IMG/VR virus record: IMGVR_UViG_3300025132_000021 | Location: 1 to 64,000 of that record | Length of the DNA: 64,000 bases | From: a virus | Strand: one strand, 5' to 3' | Shown: one piece after another, positions 1-8,516 of the stretch | How the letters are laid out: every line of letters begins with the position of its first letter | How positions within the stretch are numbered: position 1 is the first letter of the stretch | Translations under genes and position numbers: made by a program | Notes under the pieces: generated by a model | The model's input: the letters and a program-made list of their open reading frames with translations, nothing else | The model's database searches: none | Told to the model about the DNA's origin: nothing

Positions 1-184
1 TTATGCGACGCTGCTGCTGCTTTTAAGCATAAATAACCCCTTAGACGAACCAAATTGCACCCAGCCTACTTCTGCCTGACCGAGATTTTGCCTGCCTTTT
101 AGTATCCAAGATTCGCCAACAAGTGCATTAGTATGCAGGAGTATTCAAAGTGCGGTAAATTGTCGGTCTAAATAGAGGTTTTGT

Positions 185-302
185 GGTCCGATTTTTTGCC
201 GTTTTACCCTTTTTTTGGTCCGACTTTTGACCGACCCGACCGACTTTGTGCCGACATCCAGACCGACTTTAGACCGAGATAGAGGTCCGAAAACCTGCCG
301 AA
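185..302. repeat. Cluster of about 10 short CCGA(C) direct repeats in a non-coding T-rich tract
   Basis: ggtccga, gaccgac, cccgac, gccgac, gaccgag etc. recur between 188 and 301 upstream of the first ORF. Confidence 0.65.
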
Positions 303-304
303 CC

Positions 305-313
305 ATTAAGTAG
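305..313 (+). promoter_or_regulatory. TATA-like box (TTAAGTAG class)
   Basis: ATTAAGTAG 30 nt upstream of ATG 335. Confidence 0.65.
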
Positions 314-334
314 GTGATACTACATAGATATAGT

Positions 335-1162
335 ATGGACAGTTATACCCATATTGAAAAGGAGTTGAATATGCTTCCACAGTGGGATATGGAGTCAGTT
401 ATTACAGGAGGCGTAGGTAGAGAGGCTTTTATTGACCGTATGGTTAGGAAAGGCATTTCACAAGCACAAGTCGTGGTGTGCTTAGAGCGCATAGTGGCAA
501 AGTCCACAGGCGATATTGAACGACTCCAAGCAATTACTATTGCAGAGCCTAAAGTTGATACTATTATGCACGAAGCATTTGAGCAACATGAAAGAGTTTT
601 GGAATTAGCCAAAGCACATATCATTGAAATGCAAGTGGCATCTGGAAAAAGTTTAGATGATGCTTATGCGTATGAACCCACTAAGGTTGAGCATAATCAA
701 GCCCTAAGAGTTGTGCGTCATAAGCACAATTTGACAACAAATAAACATGAGGTTATGTTAGGCCACATCAATGAAACTTTAGAGAATGCAAAACATATTT
801 ATGGCCGTCCAGATTTGACTAAAACAGAAATCCTCAAAGCGTGTCGTAAGGATAAAGGAGAGTGGAGAAAAGCAGCCAGTCAAGTATTGGTCTTTTTGAC
901 AGGGCGTGGAATGATTATGAAAGTAGGTTCTCGCTATTGCCACACTACCAATAAAATGCGTATGGTTGAAACAGATTTTACCCGTAAGGTTTTTGAATGT
1001 TTATATGCAGGGCCAAAGTCAATCAACGGCATAGTTAAGCACATTGGATATGATAATGTGTATGGCCGAAAGAAGGTTAGACAAACTTTAGATTTCTTAG
1101 TTAAGGAAGGATTAGTCATTACTAACAATTATCGTTGGGCGCAAAATGGAGTAAGTTCATAA
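335..1162 (+). CDS. Hypothetical protein with probable tandem C-terminal winged-HTH domains
   Basis: Start moved to ATG 335 by promoter spacing; wHTH-like segments (LVFLTGRGMIMKVGSRY; TLDFLVKEGLVITNNYRW). Confidence 0.6.
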   Translation: MDSYTHIEKELNMLPQWDMESVITGGVGREAFIDRMVRKGISQAQVVVCLERIVAKSTGDIERLQAITIAEPKVDTIMHEAFEQHERVLELAKAHIIEMQVASGKSLDDAYAYEPTKVEHNQALRVVRHKHNLTTNKHEVMLGHINETLENAKHIYGRPDLTKTEILKACRKDKGEWRKAASQVLVFLTGRGMIMKVGSRYCHTTNKMRMVETDFTRKVFECLYAGPKSINGIVKHIGYDNVYGRKKVRQTLDFLVKEGLVITNNYRWAQNGVSS

Positions 1163-1176
1163 GGGTGGTTTAAGGT

Positions 1177-1362
1177 ATGAGTGTTATGGAACTACTGACA
1201 ATTTCCGAAGCAGCAGATATGTTTAAGGTTTCAGAAACGACTGTCCGTAGGAATCTATCTTCAATCCCACACATTAGAATTGGCAACCAGATTCGCATAC
1301 CATTAGACAAACTTAACGAATGGATTGAAGCACAATTAAGAGGAGAGAATAAGCATGAATAA
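1177..1362 (+). CDS. Excisionase-like / MerR-type HTH DNA-binding protein
   Basis: LLTISEAADMFKVSETTVRR...IPHIRIGNQIRIP, typical HTH_17 pattern. Confidence 0.85.
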   Translation: MSVMELLTISEAADMFKVSETTVRRNLSSIPHIRIGNQIRIPLDKLNEWIEAQLRGENKHE

Positions 1363-1729
1363 GCAGATTGTAGCAATATCAATGGGAGATGAAGAATCTC
1401 CATTAGTAAGGAATGAAGTTTATGGTTGGATTCAGCAAAATGGATTTGCCATTGTTGATGAAGATGCAGGATTATTTAGCGACGGCAACGGTTCGTCTTT
1501 TGTGTGTTCTTGTTTTGAAAAGACACAATACATTTTATTCAAAGAAGGCGATGGTGAATTGCCTGAATGCGTCTTTGATTGGGTGATGAATCTTAAAGAC
1601 GATAAGACAGTAATTTCTCTTGGCGACGAAGATGAGTCCCGCTATGATATTGTGCGAACAGACTCGGAGTTCACGCTCAAGAGGTTTAGAAAACTTTGGA
1701 ATGAACCCTACGAAGGAGATGATGAATAA
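1355..1729 (+). CDS. Hypothetical protein
   Basis: ORF with GGAG SD, overlaps neighbours. Confidence 0.65.
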   Translation: MNKQIVAISMGDEESPLVRNEVYGWIQQNGFAIVDEDAGLFSDGNGSSFVCSCFEKTQYILFKEGDGELPECVFDWVMNLKDDKTVISLGDEDESRYDIVRTDSEFTLKRFRKLWNEPYEGDDE

Positions 1730-2109
1730 TGCGAACACCTGATTATTGGAAATGTGTAGAAGAAGGATGTCAAGACGACAAGATGTATAATTACAAAGGT
1801 CTTTGTAGGTCTTGCACAGAGTATGATGACGATGGCAAGGTCGTTGAGGCAGTATCCAGAGTTAAAACCACAAAGGAAGGCACAGTAATTGAACAGACTA
1901 CTTCACCCCGTAGAGCCGTAACTCTTCAGGACTTCAAAGATTTCCGTAGGCAGAATCGTCGCTTGACGCATAAGCAAGTGGAAGCCCTCAAAGCAGCCTC
2001 ATCACACGCATTGACTCAAGCACAACAGGATATGCCTGAAGATGTTTCCGATATGCCTATTGATACAGATGTTATGCCTATTGGCGAAAGTTTAGGTGAA
2101 GAAGAGTGA
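1729..2109 (+). CDS. Hypothetical protein with N-terminal Cys4 zinc ribbon
   Basis: CVEEGC...CRSC; TAATG-coupled start. Confidence 0.7.
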   Translation: MRTPDYWKCVEEGCQDDKMYNYKGLCRSCTEYDDDGKVVEAVSRVKTTKEGTVIEQTTSPRRAVTLQDFKDFRRQNRRLTHKQVEALKAASSHALTQAQQDMPEDVSDMPIDTDVMPIGESLGEEE

Positions 2110-2161
2110 AAAACGAATGGAATTGGATGCTTGTTGAAACTTTGGAAGAGGAGGAATGAAT

Positions 2162-2320
2162 ATGAAGTTATATCGCCACATCCCAACTAACACTATCGCT
2201 GAATTAGTTGTTGTTCAAGGTCCAAAGGTTAGGACTATGAGAAATCCTTTAGATGGTGTCTTTCAAAATGTTACTGATGAAGAATGGTCTGAATGGGAAC
2301 TTATTGTGGAGGAAGAATAA
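2162..2320 (+). CDS. Small hypothetical protein (52 aa, not in ORF track)
   Basis: MKLYRHIPTN...LIVEEE*, GAGGAGG SD upstream. Confidence 0.55.
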   Translation: MKLYRHIPTNTIAELVVVQGPKVRTMRNPLDGVFQNVTDEEWSEWELIVEEE

Positions 2321-2322
2321 CT

Positions 2323-2508
2323 ATGGATTCTGCATCTGTGATAGGACTGGGCATTTTAGTCTTGATGGTAATATCTTTCATATTCAATCAAATTAGCCTC
2401 CGAGAAATCAATACTAAAAACCAACATAATATGAATGGTATTTCTCATGTGTGGGGTATGTTGATGGAACTCAAATTAGACCTAAAACTATTGGAGGAGG
2501 AAGAATAA
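2323..2508 (+). CDS. Small membrane protein
   Basis: N-terminal hydrophobic helix VIGLGILVLMVISFIF; GGAGG SD. Confidence 0.6.
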   Translation: MDSASVIGLGILVLMVISFIFNQISLREINTKNQHNMNGISHVWGMLMELKLDLKLLEEEE

Positions 2509-2702
2509 TGGGTGATTTAATTATTGGTATAATTGGCATAGTTATGCTCTACGGCTTAGGGCAGTTGCTTTATCGTGAACCACCACATAGACCCATTCAA
2601 CAAGAGGTAATCAAGATGGAGATTCATGGAGAAATGAGGCCATGGCGAAAACACATGGCAGAATGCCGAGAAGAAGATAAAGAGTTAGCACAAGAACAAT
2701 GA
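2508..2702 (+). CDS. Small membrane protein
   Basis: TAATG coupling; LIIGIIGIVMLYGLGQLLY helix. Confidence 0.6.
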   Translation: MGDLIIGIIGIVMLYGLGQLLYREPPHRPIQQEVIKMEIHGEMRPWRKHMAECREEDKELAQEQ

Positions 2703-2711
2703 GGTTTTGAT

Positions 2712-3002
2712 ATGTCGTTTCGTAAGTTTATAGGATATTTTACAACACCCTTCTTTGTCCCACTAAGAAAACTTGTAGTCTGGGGCGATAGAAACTTTGG
2801 AACTTGCGATATGCGACTTACGCTTGAGGAACGCCCTTATGCAGATGAGCATGATAAAGCACAAACCCGCTTAACTGACTTTACAGATATGCCTGATAAG
2901 CATAAACCATCACTACTTGAGGTTAAACTTTCTGAAGACCAGCACGATAAGTTTTTAGATGCTGAAAATAAAATTGGCGACGATGGAGATGTGGGGTGTT
3001 AA
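2712..3002 (+). CDS. Small protein with PIP-box-like motif
   Basis: QTRLTDF; GAGG SD. Confidence 0.6.
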   Translation: MSFRKFIGYFTTPFFVPLRKLVVWGDRNFGTCDMRLTLEERPYADEHDKAQTRLTDFTDMPDKHKPSLLEVKLSEDQHDKFLDAENKIGDDGDVGC

Positions 3003-3135
3003 TTTGCTTTGCATCGGGTGTGGATTAGACAAAGGCGTTAAACGCCATTTATGTTTAGATTGTAGGTTGCTGGAAGAAGAAGCCCCACTACCACCTATGG
3101 ATTGGTTGTATGACAACCACGAGGAGGAAGAATAA
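2983..3135 (+). CDS. Small Cys4 zinc-finger protein (not in ORF track)
   Basis: CIGC...CLDC, ends EEEE*. Confidence 0.5.
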   Translation: MEMWGVNLLCIGCGLDKGVKRHLCLDCRLLEEEAPLPPMDWLYDNHEEEE

Positions 3136-3293
3136 TGCAGAAACATTCTGACCCATCACCTACCTTAGTGGCTTGCCCCGTATGTGGTAAAAAGGGATAT
3201 ACCGATGAACGCCACTATTCTCCAAGCGAAGATGGTTATTTGTGCGCTCGTTGTGCATTACCCACTATTCAATGGACTATTGTAAATAATTAA
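3135..3293 (+). CDS. Small Cys4 zinc-finger protein (not in ORF track)
   Basis: TAATG coupling; CPVC...CARC. Confidence 0.55.
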   Translation: MQKHSDPSPTLVACPVCGKKGYTDERHYSPSEDGYLCARCALPTIQWTIVNN

Positions 3294-3315
3294 CTTTATG
3301 TGAGTGATTGTGCTT

Positions 3316-3498
3316 ATGAGTAATATGGAACTTTCACAGATGGCTATTTTGTTTTGGGCTTTTATTATCACATGGATTTCAATTTCAAATCAATACCGAT
3401 TAAACCTTATTGACGATAGCAAATCTAAATTAAACATTGATGGAGAAGATGAAACGACTCAACAATTGACCCTTAATGATTTTGCAGAGGAAGAGTAG
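3316..3498 (+). CDS. Small membrane protein with C-terminal PIP-box-like motif
   Basis: TM helix MAILFWAFIITWISI; QLTLNDF near C terminus. Confidence 0.55.
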   Translation: MSNMELSQMAILFWAFIITWISISNQYRLNLIDDSKSKLNIDGEDETTQQLTLNDFAEEE

Positions 3499-3601
3499 TG
3501 TGGGTAGATATTGTCCCCGTAGTCATCGTTTTAACTATATTTGGACTCATCATTGGAAAATTATTTTATGACTCATTTATAGCAAACAGAACACAGGAGT
3601 A

Positions 3602-3880
3602 ATGAATATGCCATACATCAACCCAGAAGACCGAGAAATCTATGAGCCAATCATCGGTGTCTTAATGAATGACCTTAGCAACTCTCCTAATTGGAAAGGC
3701 GACTTAAACTTTATCATAAGCACAATCCTTAATGATATGCTTAACGCTTATGGAACATCATATTCTATGCTTAATGATATGGTGGGTGTGCTTGAATGTG
3801 CTAAATTAGAACTTTACCGTCGTGTAGCAGCCCCGTATGAAGATGAAAAGATTGAATCTAACGGCGATGTCTATGAGTGA
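3602..3880 (+). CDS. Conserved phage protein (DUF6899-like)
   Basis: MPYI...GDLNFIIS...GVLECAKLELYRRVAAPYEDEKIESNGDVY. Confidence 0.75.
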   Translation: MNMPYINPEDREIYEPIIGVLMNDLSNSPNWKGDLNFIISTILNDMLNAYGTSYSMLNDMVGVLECAKLELYRRVAAPYEDEKIESNGDVYE

Positions 3881-3979
3881 GTATGTTCCAGTAGGTGGTC
3901 CATGTCGTCGTCAATGTGATGTAGACAAAGAAACATTAGTTTGCAGAAGTTGTGGACTATCATATAAGAAGGTGGATGA

Positions 3980-4309
3980 ATGAAACTAAATCAATATCAA
4001 AGACACGCCAGAGAAACTGCAATCTACCCAGAGCAAGATGCTCTCATTTATACCGTCCTCGGACTCACAGGAGAGTCAGGAGAAATTGCTGAAAAAGTAA
4101 AGAAACTTCTTCGTGATAACAAAAGTTTAGACATGACTGAAGATGTGCGTAATGAACTTATTTTAGAACTTGGCGATGTGCTTTGGTATGTAGCAAACTT
4201 AGCACATGAACTTGGTGAAACTTTAGAAGATATTGCAGTAGCCAATATCCAGAAATTAGAAAGTCGTAAGATGCGTGGTGTGCTATCAGGTAGCGGAGAT
4301 AATCGCTAA
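3980..4309 (+). CDS. mazG: MazG-like NTP pyrophosphohydrolase
   Basis: LGLTGESGEIAEKVKK...ELGDVLWYVANLA...NIQKLESR. Confidence 0.9.
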   Translation: MKLNQYQRHARETAIYPEQDALIYTVLGLTGESGEIAEKVKKLLRDNKSLDMTEDVRNELILELGDVLWYVANLAHELGETLEDIAVANIQKLESRKMRGVLSGSGDNR

Positions 4310-4342
4310 ACTTTAATAGGGTGATAACCCCTATGATAATTT

Positions 4343-4669
4343 ATGACCACCGTAGTTTATGACGCAATTGAAGATATGACCGAAGGACAACTTGACGACC
4401 TACTATCCGCAATCAAGGATAAGTTAGAAGAACTTCGTGGTGAACGCCCTGAAATCAACATTGGAGATGTAGTCCAATTTGATGTGCGTAAGGCCACACT
4501 AACAGGCGTTGTTGAAAAGACCACCGATAAGCGAGCCACAGTAAAACTTTCCACAGTAGAAGGCACATACACCATTGATACCAAGCAAGTAGAAATCATC
4601 TCGGCAGGAGTATCTCTTGAACCTTCTATGACCGCAGAAACTCTTGAAGCATTTGCTACAACAGAGTGA
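4343..4669 (+). CDS. Hypothetical protein with SH3/KOW-like beta barrel
   Basis: INIGDVVQF...TGVVEK...ATVK; TTTAATAG box about 31 nt upstream. Confidence 0.65.
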   Translation: MTTVVYDAIEDMTEGQLDDLLSAIKDKLEELRGERPEINIGDVVQFDVRKATLTGVVEKTTDKRATVKLSTVEGTYTIDTKQVEIISAGVSLEPSMTAETLEAFATTE

Positions 4670-4712
4670 AGTGTTAAGTAGGTGTATTGCATTATCACCA
4701 GTAGGTAAGATA

Positions 4713-5396
4713 ATGAAAGTCATTGGCTTAGATATTGAAACCCTCAATCTGGACATGGATTCAGAAGGTTTATCATTTGATAATCCAGAAGGTTGGAAAA
4801 CATCATGTGTTTGTATTTATGACCATCACCGTGATTTAACCTATCAATATGTGGAAGACCCAACGCTGGTTAAAGACATTAGTGAAGATGACCTTATCTA
4901 TGGTTGGGAGTTTTTAGCATGGGACTTAGAAGAGTGGTATTATCAAGGCTACACCTTGATTACTAAAAACGGCAATCTTTTTGACATACCTATCATTATG
5001 AAAACCATTGAAGATGGTGGTTGTGGAGTAGAAACGGCTCTTAGATATTTCCTTGATGCCCCACGCACAAAAGAAACAAAATATGGTGAGAAGGAACTTC
5101 CACCTAAGCATATTGATATTTGCGAGTATTTGCGTGAAGCCAGCGAGGGCTATCGCTTTTCGCTGCAAAACTTAATTCAAGGTTGTTTGGGAGAATCAGA
5201 AAGCAAACTTATGGATGCTGCTGATGCACCAAAGACTTGGGCAGAAGGGGACCACAGAACAGTATTAGAATACTGTGCTTCCGATGCCAAATACACCGCA
5301 GACATATTTTTCTTTGGTCGTCGTGAAGGTCGCATCAGAGGTGTTGGCAAAAAAGACGGTGAAGAAAAATTACAAACTGTAAAGGTGATGTGGTAA
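4713..5396 (+). CDS. DnaQ/RNase H-fold 3'-5' exonuclease (DEDD)
   Basis: IGLDIET (ExoI), NGNLFDIPII (ExoII), EYCASDAKYT (ExoIII). Confidence 0.85.
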   Translation: MKVIGLDIETLNLDMDSEGLSFDNPEGWKTSCVCIYDHHRDLTYQYVEDPTLVKDISEDDLIYGWEFLAWDLEEWYYQGYTLITKNGNLFDIPIIMKTIEDGGCGVETALRYFLDAPRTKETKYGEKELPPKHIDICEYLREASEGYRFSLQNLIQGCLGESESKLMDAADAPKTWAEGDHRTVLEYCASDAKYTADIFFFGRREGRIRGVGKKDGEEKLQTVKVMW

Positions 5397-5767
5397 TGAG
5401 CAACAAATTAAATATGACAGAAGCACAAATTGAGCGACAAGGACAAAAGATTATGGATGTTCTTTTTACTGAAATCGTAGCGGAAACTGATTCAGGATAT
5501 ACGGCTGAAATCAACTCAAAAGTTATTGACCTCTTCAAAAGCGAAATCCCATTTAATGAAGCCTTAGAAGAATCTGAACTTGGAGATATTCTTTTGAGAC
5601 TTATCCAAAAGATTTGTGAGTTCGTCAATAATGAAGCCAAAGGAATTAACCAAAAGTTCTTGGCAGCCTATATTTCGGATTTCGTTTCTCAAACATTAAG
5701 TAGTGCATTTTCAATTGAAGAAATGGAAAAGTCTGATGATGATAACAATAGCATGATGTATGGTTAA
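5396..5767 (+). CDS. Acidic helical protein ending in an HbYX-like tail (MYG)
   Basis: AGGTGA SD, TAATG coupling; C terminus DDDNNSMMYG. Confidence 0.65.
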   Translation: MSNKLNMTEAQIERQGQKIMDVLFTEIVAETDSGYTAEINSKVIDLFKSEIPFNEALEESELGDILLRLIQKICEFVNNEAKGINQKFLAAYISDFVSQTLSSAFSIEEMEKSDDDNNSMMYG

Positions 5768-5769
5768 TC

Positions 5770-5780
5770 TTTAAGTATCA
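5770..5780 (+). promoter_or_regulatory. TTTAAGTATCA promoter box
   Basis: 30 nt before ATG 5800. Confidence 0.8.
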
Positions 5781-5799
5781 AAGACTACCTAATACCCTT

Positions 5800-8514
5800 A
5801 TGGTTAGACGCTATGAGGTTTCAGACCTTGATGTTGAAGACATCATAGTATTTGCCCCTAATGCTCATTTGGATTTAGGTTATACACCTTATCCATCGCT
5901 TTTTGAATTAGAGCAAGAAATCTTAGCAGGCGTTCACACTAATTCATCTGGAGAAATTGGTTGCCCTGCTTGCGGTTGTATTGATTTATTCTTGAAAGAA
6001 AGAACTGCGAAAGGAGTTCGTTATCGTTGTATGTCTTGTATGTATGCTACTGAATCGGAGTTTGAATCTGTTAAATCTCGCAAAGACATAACTTTAGCAC
6101 AATTTGGTTTAGGCTTTGAGTGTGCAATATGCGGTGAGGACATAGATTCTTATAATCACGATACAGTTATGCGTCATGTGCGTAAATGTCGTCAAAAAGA
6201 AAATGAAAACTTTTCTGCGGAAAACATGATGTTAGAATTAGGACAGCAAGACCCAGACGACCCAAACAGAATGTGGGGTCCAGACATTATCAGCCCGATA
6301 TTTCCCTTCAAAGGTTATGAAAGACCCACGGAAGAAGTAAGAGCAGATTTACAAAAACATTTGGTTGGACTGGAAATCAGAATGTATGGTCCTCAAAACG
6401 AATCCGAGGCATTAGGCATTAGACAACCGATGGATTGGTGGAAAGATATTGGTTTCAGTGAGTTTCAACCAGCAGGAACTATGGGAAGAGTCACAGGAGT
6501 TTCCATGTCTAACCCAAACCGACCAAAAATCATTGGAGTATGGGTAACTATCATCAGTGGAGGCACGGCCAAACACCCTGTTGGTTCAAGAGTATGGTTT
6601 CATGTTAAAGATTCCTATTTTCCTGATTCTATGAGGCTTGGTTGGACACACGGAGATTATGTCGGCAATCCCAAGAGAGAAGAATACCTAAGAGGCAAAG
6701 GAATTACTAAAGGTTATGAAGCAGAAGATAAACCAGTAGTCCCTCGTTATGTTTATCATGCCACTCCTCAAGCATATTGGGAACAAATTAAGGAACAAGG
6801 TGGCATGACACCACAAATTGGCTACATGACATATCGGGCATTTTTACCCAGATACAAAAAAGCCCACATTGGTCAAGACATTTCTCCTGAACACTATAAA
6901 CAATGGTTGGTTAAGGAACTTGGAGGTCTGAAAATCTGGGTTACTGGACCAAGCAAGGTATCGGTGTATGCCAGTATGATTGAACCCATGAGTTTCTTAC
7001 GAGACAATGTAGTTTTGAAAATTGATACAGAAGGTTTAGACTTTGAATACTATAATTACGATGAGTTTTTTACGCAAAAACCAATCCCCTTGTCTGCGAT
7101 TGAATTAGAGTGGTTGATGGACGGTGAGCGAAGTGATGAAGAATACCCTGATTATTTGTTGCCTACTCTTGACCCTTCATTAGAATCCCTGTTAGAAGAC
7201 GAACCTGAATTGTTGGAAACTCACCCAGAGTTGTTCCGAGATGAACTTTATGAAAGATTTGTGGCGGCGGCTGAAGATAACCAAAGTGATGATTTAATCT
7301 GGGACGAAGAAGCAGGTTTGTTTTACGATTATGTAGAAGTGCCACAACCCGATGGTGAACTCATTGTGGTTTATTGGATTCTCAACGAAGAATTAGACCA
7401 AGTAGGAAAAGCACAAATAAGCCTATTCAACGATAATTTGGAAATTGACAGTATTTTCATTGAACCTTACTATCAACGCCGAGGAATCGCCACTTCATTT
7501 GTTAATCATGTAGTCAATTATTGGGACAGCGAACTTTTAAGATTTTCTGATGCTGTATCTGATGAGGGCGCAGCATTCATTGATTCATTCGCTGCTGAAG
7601 ATAGTTTAGACTATATGAACTATCTCAATGATTTACGAACTTATCCTGAACTACGAAACTTTACTGATGAGCAACTGCTGGCTATGGGTATTGATTGTTT
7701 AGCATTACAAACTGCCAACCGAGAAAAGTTTGATGCTGAAGATAACTACGATTCTACTTATGGAGTCAAGCAAGCCAAAATCCGCAGACGACTCAAAAAG
7801 AAAATCAAGAAGCAGGCAATTATGGGAACAAAGGCGGGTCAATGGTCGGCTCGTAAATCACAAGAACTTAAGCGACAATATGAGGCAGCGTGTCAGCGAG
7901 CAGGTCTAAAACCATACAAGGGTCAGAAAACCAAAAAGCAACAAGACCTTACGGATTGGTCAGACCAACGCTGGCGCACAGCATCAGGTAAAAAATCATC
8001 TACCACAGGCGAGCCATATTTCCCTGCTAAAGCAGTGGCCGCCCTCAAACAAAAAGGACTTTATTCAAAGGCCAAAAAACAGAAACAAGCCGCCACTAAA
8101 GCAGGCAAACAAAATGCCCGCTATTCCGATGACATTAGAAAAGTTGTTAAACAATATCGTAGTGAAAATATGCTTAATCTAAGCATAAATCCATTTGAAG
8201 ATGTAAAATGGGAAGATGATGAAAGTTTAACAGATAGATTAAGGAGAGAAAATGATTCATGGAGAGAAGATATTCAGTGGAAGGCTTGGGAGTCAAAACC
8301 AAGTAAGTTATCAAAAACTTTTATCTTTGAAGAAGAAGAACCATGGATAGAACTTTGGAATCTGGTGTTCTTTTCTGATGCTTTGGCTGAAGCCTCTGGA
8401 GTAGATATTGAATCAGTTGTCAAACAAAATAAAGTTATCATAACTATTGATAAGACAACCACACCACTTGACTTTGTATTATTAGAATACATCAATGAAT
8501 ATATGAGGTTATAA
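5800..8514 (+). CDS. 904-aa multi-module polyprotein-like protein: Zn fingers, ADP-ribosyltransferase-like, GNAT and DUF5872-like basic modules
   Basis: CPAC/CMSC/CAIC..H..C; YVYHATP..IWVT..VVLKID; IDSIFIEPYYQRRGIAT; GTKAGQWSARKSQELKRQYE; modules separated by FSAE/YEAE/AAAE/FAAE/FDAE/YRSE. Confidence 0.75.
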   Translation: MVRRYEVSDLDVEDIIVFAPNAHLDLGYTPYPSLFELEQEILAGVHTNSSGEIGCPACGCIDLFLKERTAKGVRYRCMSCMYATESEFESVKSRKDITLAQFGLGFECAICGEDIDSYNHDTVMRHVRKCRQKENENFSAENMMLELGQQDPDDPNRMWGPDIISPIFPFKGYERPTEEVRADLQKHLVGLEIRMYGPQNESEALGIRQPMDWWKDIGFSEFQPAGTMGRVTGVSMSNPNRPKIIGVWVTIISGGTAKHPVGSRVWFHVKDSYFPDSMRLGWTHGDYVGNPKREEYLRGKGITKGYEAEDKPVVPRYVYHATPQAYWEQIKEQGGMTPQIGYMTYRAFLPRYKKAHIGQDISPEHYKQWLVKELGGLKIWVTGPSKVSVYASMIEPMSFLRDNVVLKIDTEGLDFEYYNYDEFFTQKPIPLSAIELEWLMDGERSDEEYPDYLLPTLDPSLESLLEDEPELLETHPELFRDELYERFVAAAEDNQSDDLIWDEEAGLFYDYVEVPQPDGELIVVYWILNEELDQVGKAQISLFNDNLEIDSIFIEPYYQRRGIATSFVNHVVNYWDSELLRFSDAVSDEGAAFIDSFAAEDSLDYMNYLNDLRTYPELRNFTDEQLLAMGIDCLALQTANREKFDAEDNYDSTYGVKQAKIRRRLKKKIKKQAIMGTKAGQWSARKSQELKRQYEAACQRAGLKPYKGQKTKKQQDLTDWSDQRWRTASGKKSSTTGEPYFPAKAVAALKQKGLYSKAKKQKQAATKAGKQNARYSDDIRKVVKQYRSENMLNLSINPFEDVKWEDDESLTDRLRRENDSWREDIQWKAWESKPSKLSKTFIFEEEEPWIELWNLVFFSDALAEASGVDIESVVKQNKVIITIDKTTTPLDFVLLEYINEYMRL

Positions 8515-8516
8515 GC

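Noticed and set aside
185-302. CRISPR array
   Set aside because: Repeats are only 4-7 nt with no regular repeat-spacer period; no cas genes.
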